A DNA stretch of 63,027 nt, the filler included, from an uncultured Thermoplasmatales archaeon (lineage in GTDB: Archaea > Thermoplasmatota > E2 > DHVEG-1), in the NCBI GenBank assembly GCA_964517155.1. It is 5 parts of 5 records of this genome, joined end to end, with 100 filler letters (N's around TTAATTAATTAA, not from the genome) between each part and the next. Parts side by side here need not be neighbours in the genome. Positions count along the whole stretch, not along the records: positions 1 to 25,835 come from CAZFAZ010000043.1; 4 more parts are not named here. One strand, given 5' to 3'. The translations under genes were made by a program, and so were the position numbers. Each line of letters opens with the position of its first letter. Position 1 is the stretch's first letter. Shown piece by piece: positions 1-12,213 of the stretch. The notes under the pieces are model-generated. The model made no database searches. It was not told where the DNA came from and worked only from the letters and a program-made list of their open reading frames with translations.

Positions 1-2
1 CA

Positions 3-86
3 GGTACACCCGGCTTTGAGCTATTAACACTAATCGCAGCAATCGGTGTAGCATTCATACTACTCAGAAGACGCAGAAACAAATAA
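3..86 (+). CDS. 3' end of a cell-surface protein with a PGF-CTERM (archaeosortase) sorting signal; partial
   Basis: Manual translation gives GTPGFELLTLIAAIGVAFILLRRRRNK*: PGF motif, hydrophobic helix, Arg-rich tail. Not in the ORF track. Confidence 0.9.
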   Translation, partial: GTPGFELLTLIAAIGVAFILLRRRRNK

Positions 87-99
87 AAACAAAAACTCA

Positions 100-132
100 G
101 AGGGATTTTTTCCCTCATAAAACTTTTTTTTT
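100..132 (+). terminator. Probable terminator after the PGF-CTERM gene
   Basis: GAGGGA...TCCCTC stem followed by a long T tract. Confidence 0.5.
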
Positions 133-192
133 AATTTTTTTTAATAAAGCTTTTTTAACATTGTCTTTATAACGTATTTTATCAGCTATAAG

Positions 193-894
193 GTGATCTA
201 TATTACAAAAATCTCTGTTGTTCTTCCAACTATAAATGAAGAAAAAGGAATAGGTAAAACAATTGATGCGATAGATAAAGACTATTTTAAGAAAAACAAA
301 TGGGAGCTAGAAATAATTGTTGTTGATGGAGACTCAAAAGATAAAACCCAGGAAATTGCAAAAAATAAAGGTGCAAAGGTCATAGTTGAAAAACGTAAAG
401 GCTACGGACGTGCATACAAGACAGGTATGCCAAAGGCAACAGGTGACATTATTGTCACAGGTGATGCTGATGCAACTTATCCTTTTGAAAGAATTCATTT
501 GTATGTAAAACAGCTTTTAGATGAAAACCTTGATTTTATTACAACAGATAGATTTGCAGAACTTGGTCACGGCTCAATGAGTATTAAGCATTATTTTGGA
601 AATTTTATACTTGCAGTAGCTCTTAGAATTCTTTATTTTGTAAATCTTAAGGATTCTCAATCTGGTATGTGGATTTTTAAAAAATCTGCTCTTGATAAAA
701 TAAAGTCTTTAGAAAGTTTTAATGATGGAATGCCTTTTAGTGAAGAAATAAAAATTGAGATGTTTAAATCAAAACATGTTAAAGCAAAAGAAATTGCATC
801 TGCTTTGTATGCTCGTGAGGGTGAGGTAAAACTTGAAAGTTTTAGCGACGGCTGGCGGAATTTAAAATTTTTGTTTATTAAGCGTATAACGTAA
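193..894 (+). CDS. Family 2 glycosyltransferase (DPM1/AglJ-like dolichol-phosphate hexosyltransferase)
   Basis: SVVLPTINEE, IIVVDGDSKDKT, KGYGRA, GDADATY (DxD), DSQSGM motifs. Confidence 0.9.
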   Translation: MIYITKISVVLPTINEEKGIGKTIDAIDKDYFKKNKWELEIIVVDGDSKDKTQEIAKNKGAKVIVEKRKGYGRAYKTGMPKATGDIIVTGDADATYPFERIHLYVKQLLDENLDFITTDRFAELGHGSMSIKHYFGNFILAVALRILYFVNLKDSQSGMWIFKKSALDKIKSLESFNDGMPFSEEIKIEMFKSKHVKAKEIASALYAREGEVKLESFSDGWRNLKFLFIKRIT

Positions 895-909
895 TACGCT
901 TAATTTTTT
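877..909 (+). terminator. Hairpin plus T-tract terminator overlapping the GT2 stop codon
   Basis: ATTAAGCGTAT (877-887) / ATACGCTTAAT (894-904) 11-bp inverted repeat, then a T run. Confidence 0.55.
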
Positions 910-1044
910 AAAAATAAATATTAACTTATAATTCTATAAAGGTTTTTTTCAAGTTTTACCTGTTAAGCATTTTTAACTTAAGAAATATTTTTTATATTTA
1001 TACAAACACGTGACATTTATAAGTATGATACAAGTTGCATTTTT

Positions 1045-1590
1045 GTGAAAAAACAAAAACCTTTAGCTGTTCATTTGATGAACTGGTTAGAAACCTCAAA
1101 AGAGTTGGTTCCAGAAGAAAGAGAGGGTATTTTTTATCCGACTAAGGAACAAATAATAAGTTTACATGATTTTTTAATAAATGAATTCCAATCTGAAGGC
1201 GAGCCTAATGTCCATCCTGGATTGTTAAATGATGGTCCTTTGGATTTTATAGGGATAAAATATTATGAAGAAAACAAGGATAATAACTGGGAAAATTTAA
1301 TCTATAAAGGAGCAAAATTATTTAACTTGTTTTTAGAAGAGGGGCATCCTTTTATTGACGGTAATAAAAGAACTGGTTTTGTTACTCTCTGGATATTTTT
1401 AACAATTAATAATTTTAATATTAAATTTGAATATCTTAACTATAATGATCATTATAAAAAGATTAGAGGATGGGCAGATATAAATTCTGAGGATAATATC
1501 TATAAAATATCTATGTGGATAAAAGAAAATGAAACACTTTTCCAAAAAATTAATAGGTATACAATAAACTTTTTAATGAAACTAAAATAA
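1045..1590 (+). CDS. Fic/Doc family toxin (Doc-type motif)
   Basis: HPFIDGNKRTG motif, with Lys in the GNKR position as in Doc; N-terminal LHDFLI helix. Confidence 0.85.
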   Translation: MKKQKPLAVHLMNWLETSKELVPEEREGIFYPTKEQIISLHDFLINEFQSEGEPNVHPGLLNDGPLDFIGIKYYEENKDNNWENLIYKGAKLFNLFLEEGHPFIDGNKRTGFVTLWIFLTINNFNIKFEYLNYNDHYKKIRGWADINSEDNIYKISMWIKENETLFQKINRYTINFLMKLK

Positions 1591-1710
1591 CTAAATTTTT
1601 GATAATTTTTTTAATAATTTTTCGTTTTTCTTTACAAATTTATTAAAATCTTTTGAAATGTCGAAAGCGACAACTTTTTCGCCATTGCGCATTACATATT
1701 TTTTTTTCAT
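1591..1710 (-). CDS. 39-aa small protein, candidate Doc antitoxin peptide
   Basis: Manual translation MKKKYVMRNGEKVVAFDISKDFNKFVKKNEKLLKKLSKI*; GGAG just upstream; stop codon abuts the Doc stop codon. Confidence 0.55.
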   Translation of the reverse strand: MKKKYVMRNGEKVVAFDISKDFNKFVKKNEKLLKKLSKI

Positions 1711-2005
1711 TTTTAACTCCGGATTTGTGCCTATATAATTATCTTGATGTCACAATATGTACTATTTGTGATTATATAACAATAACATATCCTAAACTTA
1801 CATTAATGTTTATATCATGCTAAATATTTAAACATTTCTTGTTATTTTTACATCTGGAAGTATTTTCTGTGTATTTTATTGACTTACTGTTATGTATCGA
1901 AAATATCCTTCTTTTTCATGTCGCAAATAGTTTTTGTTAAATTGGCTTGTTATTATAATACTATCAAAAAGTTTCAATTCAATATAAAAAAAAGTTATGC
2001 AGCTT

Positions 2006-3868
2006 TTAAACAACCTTCTCTATCTCATTTTTTAAGATACTACTTATCATTTTTCCATCTGCTCTCCCACGTAGCTCTTTCATTATTATGCCCATAAGTG
2101 GTCCTACGGCCCCTAGGCCTTTTTGTTTTACAAAATCAAGCCTTTCCTGTATTATTTTTTCTGCAAGTTTCTCTATTTCTTTTGTATCTGTTGTAGAAAG
2201 CTCACAGTTTTGTATTGCTGTATCTATTGTTGCTTTTGGGTTTAATGCCAGATATCTTAAAAGTAGGGGTATAGCCTCTTTTGCATATTTTTCTTTTAAA
2301 AGCCCAGAAAAGACGTTTGAAAGCATTTCTTCTGTGATAATGGATATGTCTATGTTTTCTTTTGAAAGCTCTGAAAACGTGTTTAAAAACGTTCTAATAA
2401 TAATATTTTTCATGCTTGGATATTTTTTTACTAAGTTTTCAAAATCGTTTTCATATCCACTTGACAAAATCTGTTTTGCCTGCTCTTTGTTAAGATTATA
2501 CTGTTTTATAAATCTATTATGTTTCTCCTTTGGTCTCTCTGGTAAATTTTTAATAATTTTATTCTTTTTTTCCTCTGTAATCTTTATAGGCTGTACATCT
2601 GTCTCAGGATACATTCTTGCAGCCCCAGGCATTGGTCTTAAATATTCTGTTGAATCATCTATAACTGCTCGTCTAACCTCGTTTGTAACGCCTAAAAGCG
2701 AGCTTTTTGCCCGCTCTATTACTGTTTTAAGTGTTATATCAACAATTGTTTCTTTTCCAATTGCAATTACAAAAGCATCATACTCTTTAGTCTGTATTAT
2801 TTTATGTAGCTCTTCTACATCTTTTTGTGTAAGTCCATAGCCTGGCAGTTCGTCACTGTGTATTATTCCGCCTATCCCACAAGCAATTCTTGCATGTACA
2901 GCAAATTCTTTACCAAGGCGTGTTTCTTTTTGTTTTAAAAGACCACTAAAACCTGGTAACTTTATTGCTTTTGCACAACCATTTTTTATCTGTTTTTGAA
3001 CAATATTTGATTTACAAATCTGTAGATTTTTTGTTATATCAAGAATTTTAATGTTTTCTAAATCCTTTACATTTATACGTTTATTTAGTGTTTCTTTTAT
3101 CTTTATAAGACCAAGCTGCCTTAAAACTTCATTTTCTGCAACTTTTGAAATAGAGCTTAGTGATTGTACTCCTTTTATTTCAACACGTGCTCCATTACTA
3201 ACAGATACATTTATGTCTTGACGTATAGTTCCAAGGCCTTTCTTTACTTTACCTGTCGCCCTTAATAAAAGCCCTATTTTTTCTGCGGTTTTGCGTACAT
3301 GCTCCGGGTTTTTTATATCTGGATCTGTTGCGATTTCAATAAGTGGTATTCCAAGTCTATCCAAACCATAGTTTACAGTTTTTCCTTTCTCATCAATTTT
3401 TCTTGCTGCATCTTCTTCAAGTGCAATAGTTTGTATACCTACATCATCAAGTTTACCGTTAAGAGCAATAAGTCCGGTTCTTTGAAAACCACTAGTGTTA
3501 GAGCCGTCGATTACAATCTTTCTCATAAAATGAATTTCATCAACAATACTGCAGTTAAGCAAAACAGCCATAGTAAGACAGGTATCTACAGCCTCAATAT
3601 TTGCGTTATGCGGCGGCTCTTCATCTGCTTCTACAAGACATGTTGATTTATTACTTGCAGTATACAAAAAACACCGGTTTTTTTTTGCTTCAGCAAGTGC
3701 TGCACGGTCGACATCGCCTAGTTCACTTTGAGTAGGCCGCAGGAAACGTGTGAAAGAATAATCTATATCTTCAGTTATTTCTGAGCAGCAGTTACAAAAC
3801 AGTTTATGTGTATCAAGCTGTTGATGTATTTCAAGACCTGCTTTAAAACCTATCTTTTTATAATCCAT
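2006..3868 (-). CDS. gatE: Glu-tRNA(Gln) amidotransferase subunit E
   Basis: GLEIHQQL, MRKIVIDGSNTSGFQRT, LDRLGIPLIEI, GTIRQD, RMYPETD. Confidence 0.98.
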   Translation of the reverse strand: MDYKKIGFKAGLEIHQQLDTHKLFCNCCSEITEDIDYSFTRFLRPTQSELGDVDRAALAEAKKNRCFLYTASNKSTCLVEADEEPPHNANIEAVDTCLTMAVLLNCSIVDEIHFMRKIVIDGSNTSGFQRTGLIALNGKLDDVGIQTIALEEDAARKIDEKGKTVNYGLDRLGIPLIEIATDPDIKNPEHVRKTAEKIGLLLRATGKVKKGLGTIRQDINVSVSNGARVEIKGVQSLSSISKVAENEVLRQLGLIKIKETLNKRINVKDLENIKILDITKNLQICKSNIVQKQIKNGCAKAIKLPGFSGLLKQKETRLGKEFAVHARIACGIGGIIHSDELPGYGLTQKDVEELHKIIQTKEYDAFVIAIGKETIVDITLKTVIERAKSSLLGVTNEVRRAVIDDSTEYLRPMPGAARMYPETDVQPIKITEEKKNKIIKNLPERPKEKHNRFIKQYNLNKEQAKQILSSGYENDFENLVKKYPSMKNIIIRTFLNTFSELSKENIDISIITEEMLSNVFSGLLKEKYAKEAIPLLLRYLALNPKATIDTAIQNCELSTTDTKEIEKLAEKIIQERLDFVKQKGLGAVGPLMGIIMKELRGRADGKMISSILKNEIEKVV

Positions 3869-3903
3869 TTAAAAACATGATAACAAGGAAGGTATATTAT
3901 TTT

Positions 3904-5052
3904 TTACCCTACAACGCCCATTTCATGCTCGATTTTTTTATCTTTAAACCTGGTAAGATTCAAGCTTTCAAGTATCTGAGGATTTTTACCTTCAACTATA
4001 TATTCACATAAAATTTTTGTAACCATTGGTGAAAGCATAAAACCATGACCTGAAAAACCATGACAGTGAATAAAACCTTTCAAATCCTTTGTTTCGCCAA
4101 TAATTGGTCTTGAATCTGGTGTTACATCATAAAAACCAGTCCAATGCCTAAGCATATTTACATGTTTAAGAACAGGAGCATAACGTGTGAGAGTCTTGCT
4201 CATATGATGTAAAAAAGATACAGTTGGAGCAGTTATGTATCCTGCTTTCTGCTCAGGAATAGGTATTCCTCCAACAATTTGCCCGTCAGGCTGCTGACTA
4301 AAATAAATACCATCTTTAAAAGATATAACCATTGCTTCAAACAAGGGTTTTAACCTTTCTGTTGCCATAATTTCTTTTCTAAGAGGTTTATTTGGAATTT
4401 TAATGTTAACCATATCACATATCTCTTTTGAAAAAACCCCTGCAGCGTTTACAACAACATCTGTTTGAATGCTGCCTTTATCTGTTATTACTTCTTTTAC
4501 CGCTTTATTTTGGGTTTTAATTGCGGTAACTTTTGTATGAGTAAATATTTCTGCACCATGTTTTCTTGCTGCATTTGCATAAGCAAAATTTGTTTTAAAC
4601 GGGTTTGCATGTCCATCAGTTGGACAAAATGTTGCAGCAATAGCATTCATGCATTTAACATCAAGAATTGGTACAATTTCTTTAATTTCCTCAGTAGTTA
4701 TAATTCTAACAGGAATGCCAAGGGATTTTTGCATTTCAACGTTTTTTTCTGACTGCAAAAGCTCTTCTTCATCATGTACAGCAATAAGATAACCGCCTTG
4801 ACGAAGCTCAATGTCTCCTCCAAGTTCTCTATTTAGTTTTTCAAATATTTTTACACTGTTTAGGGAAAGCATAGCGTTTTCATGGGTAGACCACTGCTGG
4901 CGTATGCCTGCGCCGCATGCACCTGTTGCACCTGATGATAAATATTTTTTTTCAAAAACTACTACCTTTACACCTTTTTTTGCAAGATTATACGCAAGCC
5001 CGCAGCCGTTAACACCGCCGCCAACTATTACAACATCTGCTTTCTTTTTCAT
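3904..5052 (-). CDS. pdhB: FAD-dependent oxidoreductase, dye-linked L-proline dehydrogenase / sarcosine oxidase beta-like subunit
   Basis: GGGVNG FAD motif, GATGACGAGIRQQ, YDVTPDSRPIIG, GFSGHGFM; last gene of a 4-gene cluster. Confidence 0.8.
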   Translation of the reverse strand: MKKKADVVIVGGGVNGCGLAYNLAKKGVKVVVFEKKYLSSGATGACGAGIRQQWSTHENAMLSLNSVKIFEKLNRELGGDIELRQGGYLIAVHDEEELLQSEKNVEMQKSLGIPVRIITTEEIKEIVPILDVKCMNAIAATFCPTDGHANPFKTNFAYANAARKHGAEIFTHTKVTAIKTQNKAVKEVITDKGSIQTDVVVNAAGVFSKEICDMVNIKIPNKPLRKEIMATERLKPLFEAMVISFKDGIYFSQQPDGQIVGGIPIPEQKAGYITAPTVSFLHHMSKTLTRYAPVLKHVNMLRHWTGFYDVTPDSRPIIGETKDLKGFIHCHGFSGHGFMLSPMVTKILCEYIVEGKNPQILESLNLTRFKDKKIEHEMGVVG

Positions 5053-5321
5053 TTTTCATCACTTGCAAGTGTTCCAAGGCTGACAGGTATTAATGGAGGA
5101 CGAGCCTTTGGAAGGTTTTTAACTGGTACTTTTTTACCAGTTTTTTTCTCCAAAATCTTTTGAACTAGTTGAATGCATACCCTCCCTTGACAGGGGCCCA
5201 TGCCGATGCGAAGTTTTTTTCTAAGCTCCTCAAAATCTGTGTAACCTGCATCTATTGCATTTTCAACATCTTCAAGTGTTAAATCTTCGCATCTGCAAAC
5301 AATTGTCTTTTTTTTATTCAT
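5049..5321 (-). CDS. BFD-like [2Fe-2S] small subunit (PdhX-like)
   Basis: IVCRCED...GMGPCQGRVC...RPP. Confidence 0.85.
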   Translation of the reverse strand: MNKKKTIVCRCEDLTLEDVENAIDAGYTDFEELRKKLRIGMGPCQGRVCIQLVQKILEKKTGKKVPVKNLPKARPPLIPVSLGTLASDEK

Positions 5322-5325
5322 AATT

Positions 5326-5787
5326 TTATACCTTTATGTTTCTAACAGTCATTAAAAGATCTTTTTTAACTTCAATAGTAACAACTAATGTTTTACCTTT
5401 TTTTACTACTTTTTTTACCAGAGATTTTCCTACAGTTTTACCTGTTCTATCTAAAGCAGATACTTTATCTCCAACAACAGGTTCTGGTAAAAACTCATAA
5501 GGAAGAGTTATAAGTGCTTTGTCATCTTTTATTTTAACTACAAAAATTGCAAGACCTGGACATATCCCAACGCATTTGCCGCATGCTGTACATTTATCGT
5601 AATCAATTTTTGGTAAATCATTTATGTCTTTCATGCTAATTGCGCCAACAGGGCAAGAATCAACACAAGGGTTACAAGGAATTTTTTGAATGCATTCAAT
5701 TATCGCAACACCTTTTTTGAGTTGTTTTTCAGAAGGAAAATTCAAAAGTTTTTCATCAAGTATGCCATCTTTTTCGTAACTATGCAT
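5326..5787 (-). CDS. 2x[4Fe-4S] ferredoxin subunit (PdhF-like)
   Basis: CIQKIPCNPCVDSCP and CTACGKCVGICPG. Confidence 0.88.
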   Translation of the reverse strand: MHSYEKDGILDEKLLNFPSEKQLKKGVAIIECIQKIPCNPCVDSCPVGAISMKDINDLPKIDYDKCTACGKCVGICPGLAIFVVKIKDDKALITLPYEFLPEPVVGDKVSALDRTGKTVGKSLVKKVVKKGKTLVVTIEVKKDLLMTVRNIKV

Positions 5788-7255
5788 CTTTTGCCTCCAT
5801 TATTTTTTCAATTTTATTTTTTGCAACTCTTGCTTTTTCACCAAAGGGGCCTGCTCTTAACTTTTCCAGATCATCTAAATATTTTTTCTGTAGTTTTTTT
5901 GCATCTTTGTTATAACCAAGCAGTATTGCTGCAGATACACCTGCGATTTTTCCTTCAATCATAGCAGTTGATGCTTCTTCTATACCTGATGAATCACCTG
6001 CGACAAAAACGCCTTTGTTTGTTGTCTGCATAAAATTATCATGCACAGCAACATATCCACCTGCTTCACCTATAAAATCCATTTTTACTCCAATTTGTGA
6101 AAGAAGTCTTGTTGAAGGCGTAAGGCCAACAGCAAGGCATACCGTATCACATGTAACTTTTTCTTCAGAGCCTGAGACAGGATTCCAGTTTTTATCAAGT
6201 TTTACAACAATGGCACCTTCTACACAGTCTTTACCGTAGACTTCTTTTATAGAGTAAGAAGTATAAATCGGTACACCACAGCGTCTAAGTTTTGCTGCAT
6301 GAACATGATATCCTCCAATAAAAGGCGCTGCTTCTACAACCCTATCTACAGATATACCTGCTTGCAATAGTTGATAAGATACAATAAGTCCAACGTTTCC
6401 TGCGCCAACCATTAAAACTTTTTTACCAGGTTTTACGCCAAAAACATTCATAAGAGTTTGTACCGCGCCTGCACCATATACTCCGGGTAAATCATTACCC
6501 GGGAAAAGCAGCATGTTTTCCATTGCCCCACATGCAAGAATTGCAGTTTTACAGTTTATTTCTATTAAAAAACTATCATAATCTTCTCTTTTAACAACCA
6601 TGAATTTATGCAGATTTTTCTCTCCTTCATAATAACCAATAACCGTAGAGTTAAGCATAACATGTATCTTACCTGTTTTTTCAAAGTCTTCTACTTCTTT
6701 TTTTAAATCATCAGATATAGAAATCCCGCGTGTCCCTGCTTTTTCATTTTGAGAGCCAAAAAATTTATGGGTCTGTTTTATAAGCTGTCCTCCGACACAT
6801 AAATTTTCATCAACAAGAAGTACAGTTGCGCCTTGTTTTGCAGCTTCAATACTTGCGCAAAGCCCTGCAGGGCCTGCACCAACGACCAACACATCAACAA
6901 GAATTTTTTCTTTTGGTTTTTCTTTGAATTCTGCACTGGGTAAATCAGCAAATTTAGCCTGCATTTCAACTTTTATACCTTGTTTTAATGGTGCAATACA
7001 TGTTCTAACATTAGGAATGTCATTGACGCGCATCAGACAAGAGGAGCATTTACCAATTCCGCAGAAAAAACCTCTTGGTAAATCATATTTTAAACTTTTA
7101 GTTAAAATCTTTACGCCTTGCGCATGTAAAGCGCTTGCAATAGAATCGCTTTCAAAACCAGTCATTTTTTTATTATTAAAAATAAAAGAAATTTTTTTTG
7201 TAGGTATAAAGTCAATTATAGGATGATTTTTTATTCTCAAAAAATCCTGCCCCAA
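5780..7255 (-). CDS. pdhA: 2Fe-2S/FAD/NAD oxidoreductase, proline dehydrogenase / sarcosine oxidase alpha-like subunit
   Basis: RGFFCGIGKCSSC, GAGPAGL, GGQLIKQTHKFFG, FPGNDLPGV, GAGNVG; exact start uncertain. Confidence 0.8.
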   Translation of the reverse strand: MGQDFLRIKNHPIIDFIPTKKISFIFNNKKMTGFESDSIASALHAQGVKILTKSLKYDLPRGFFCGIGKCSSCLMRVNDIPNVRTCIAPLKQGIKVEMQAKFADLPSAEFKEKPKEKILVDVLVVGAGPAGLCASIEAAKQGATVLLVDENLCVGGQLIKQTHKFFGSQNEKAGTRGISISDDLKKEVEDFEKTGKIHVMLNSTVIGYYEGEKNLHKFMVVKREDYDSFLIEINCKTAILACGAMENMLLFPGNDLPGVYGAGAVQTLMNVFGVKPGKKVLMVGAGNVGLIVSYQLLQAGISVDRVVEAAPFIGGYHVHAAKLRRCGVPIYTSYSIKEVYGKDCVEGAIVVKLDKNWNPVSGSEEKVTCDTVCLAVGLTPSTRLLSQIGVKMDFIGEAGGYVAVHDNFMQTTNKGVFVAGDSSGIEEASTAMIEGKIAGVSAAILLGYNKDAKKLQKKYLDDLEKLRAGPFGEKARVAKNKIEKIMEAKDA

Positions 7256-7308
7256 ACCCAGTATATGCGATGTATTTAAAAATTATATTGTTTGAAAAAA
7301 AAACCAGG

Positions 7309-7734
7309 TTATTTTATTTGTACATCTTTAAGGTTATGATGTCGTTTGGCAAGCTGGCGTATCATTTCTATGTTTTTACCGCCTTTACCAATGATTTTTG
7401 ATTTATCACTTGTTTCTACTTCTACTTTTGCAACAGTGTTTTCATTTTCACCTTCAAGTATTATGTTTTTAACAGTATATGGTTTGCAAAGGTTTTTTAC
7501 AAAGTTTTCTTTATCAGTGTTGTATTCAATAAATTTAATGCTTTTTTTGAAAAGATTTCTAAGTTTCTCAAGGTTTTTTGCTTTTGAACCAATTGCAATG
7601 CCTAGTTGGCCGTGATGCACGATAAAAATTAGTTTATCCTCTGTTATAACGCAGTCTAATATATCGGCTTTGGTAATTTTAACTGCCATGTTTATATACT
7701 GCATGTTTTCGTTTGATAGTAAAATATCTGTCAT
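7309..7734 (-). CDS. nusA: Archaeal NusA (two KH domains)
   Basis: AIGSKAKN and IIGKGGKNI KH motifs; position after L30e in the RNAP operon. Confidence 0.93.
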   Translation of the reverse strand: MTDILLSNENMQYINMAVKITKADILDCVITEDKLIFIVHHGQLGIAIGSKAKNLEKLRNLFKKSIKFIEYNTDKENFVKNLCKPYTVKNIILEGENENTVAKVEVETSDKSKIIGKGGKNIEMIRQLAKRHHNLKDVQIK

Positions 7735-7753
7735 AAGTCAAAACTCGTTTTTT

Positions 7754-8050
7754 TTATTTTTTCATGGCCGAAAGTATATTTGAGCCGCCGTCTTCAAGCA
7801 CAGCAAAGGTAGATACTGCAAAGGTTTTACCGCAAGTATAACCAAGCTCTATAGAGTTTGAACTAGAGGTATACACAGGTATATTTTTTTTGTCTGCAAG
7901 ATTTTTTATTTCAGTTGAATAAGGACAGTTTTTTGAAATTATTATTAGTTTTGCACTACCATCGGTTATGCATTGCTTTGTTTGTTTTGCACCAACTTTT
8001 ACTTTTCCTTTTTTTACAGTGTTTTTTAATGTTTTTTCTATATCAACCAT
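7754..8050 (-). CDS. rpl30e: 50S ribosomal protein L30e
   Basis: GKVKVGAKQT, KLIIISKNCP, ELGYTCGK; operon context. Confidence 0.95.
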   Translation of the reverse strand: MVDIEKTLKNTVKKGKVKVGAKQTKQCITDGSAKLIIISKNCPYSTEIKNLADKKNIPVYTSSSNSIELGYTCGKTFAVSTFAVLEDGGSNILSAMKK

Positions 8051-8075
8051 TACTTATTTCACCTTATTTTTTTTA

Positions 8076-12199
<4,124 letters not shown>

Positions 12200-12213
12200 G
12201 TTTTTTACCCCCT

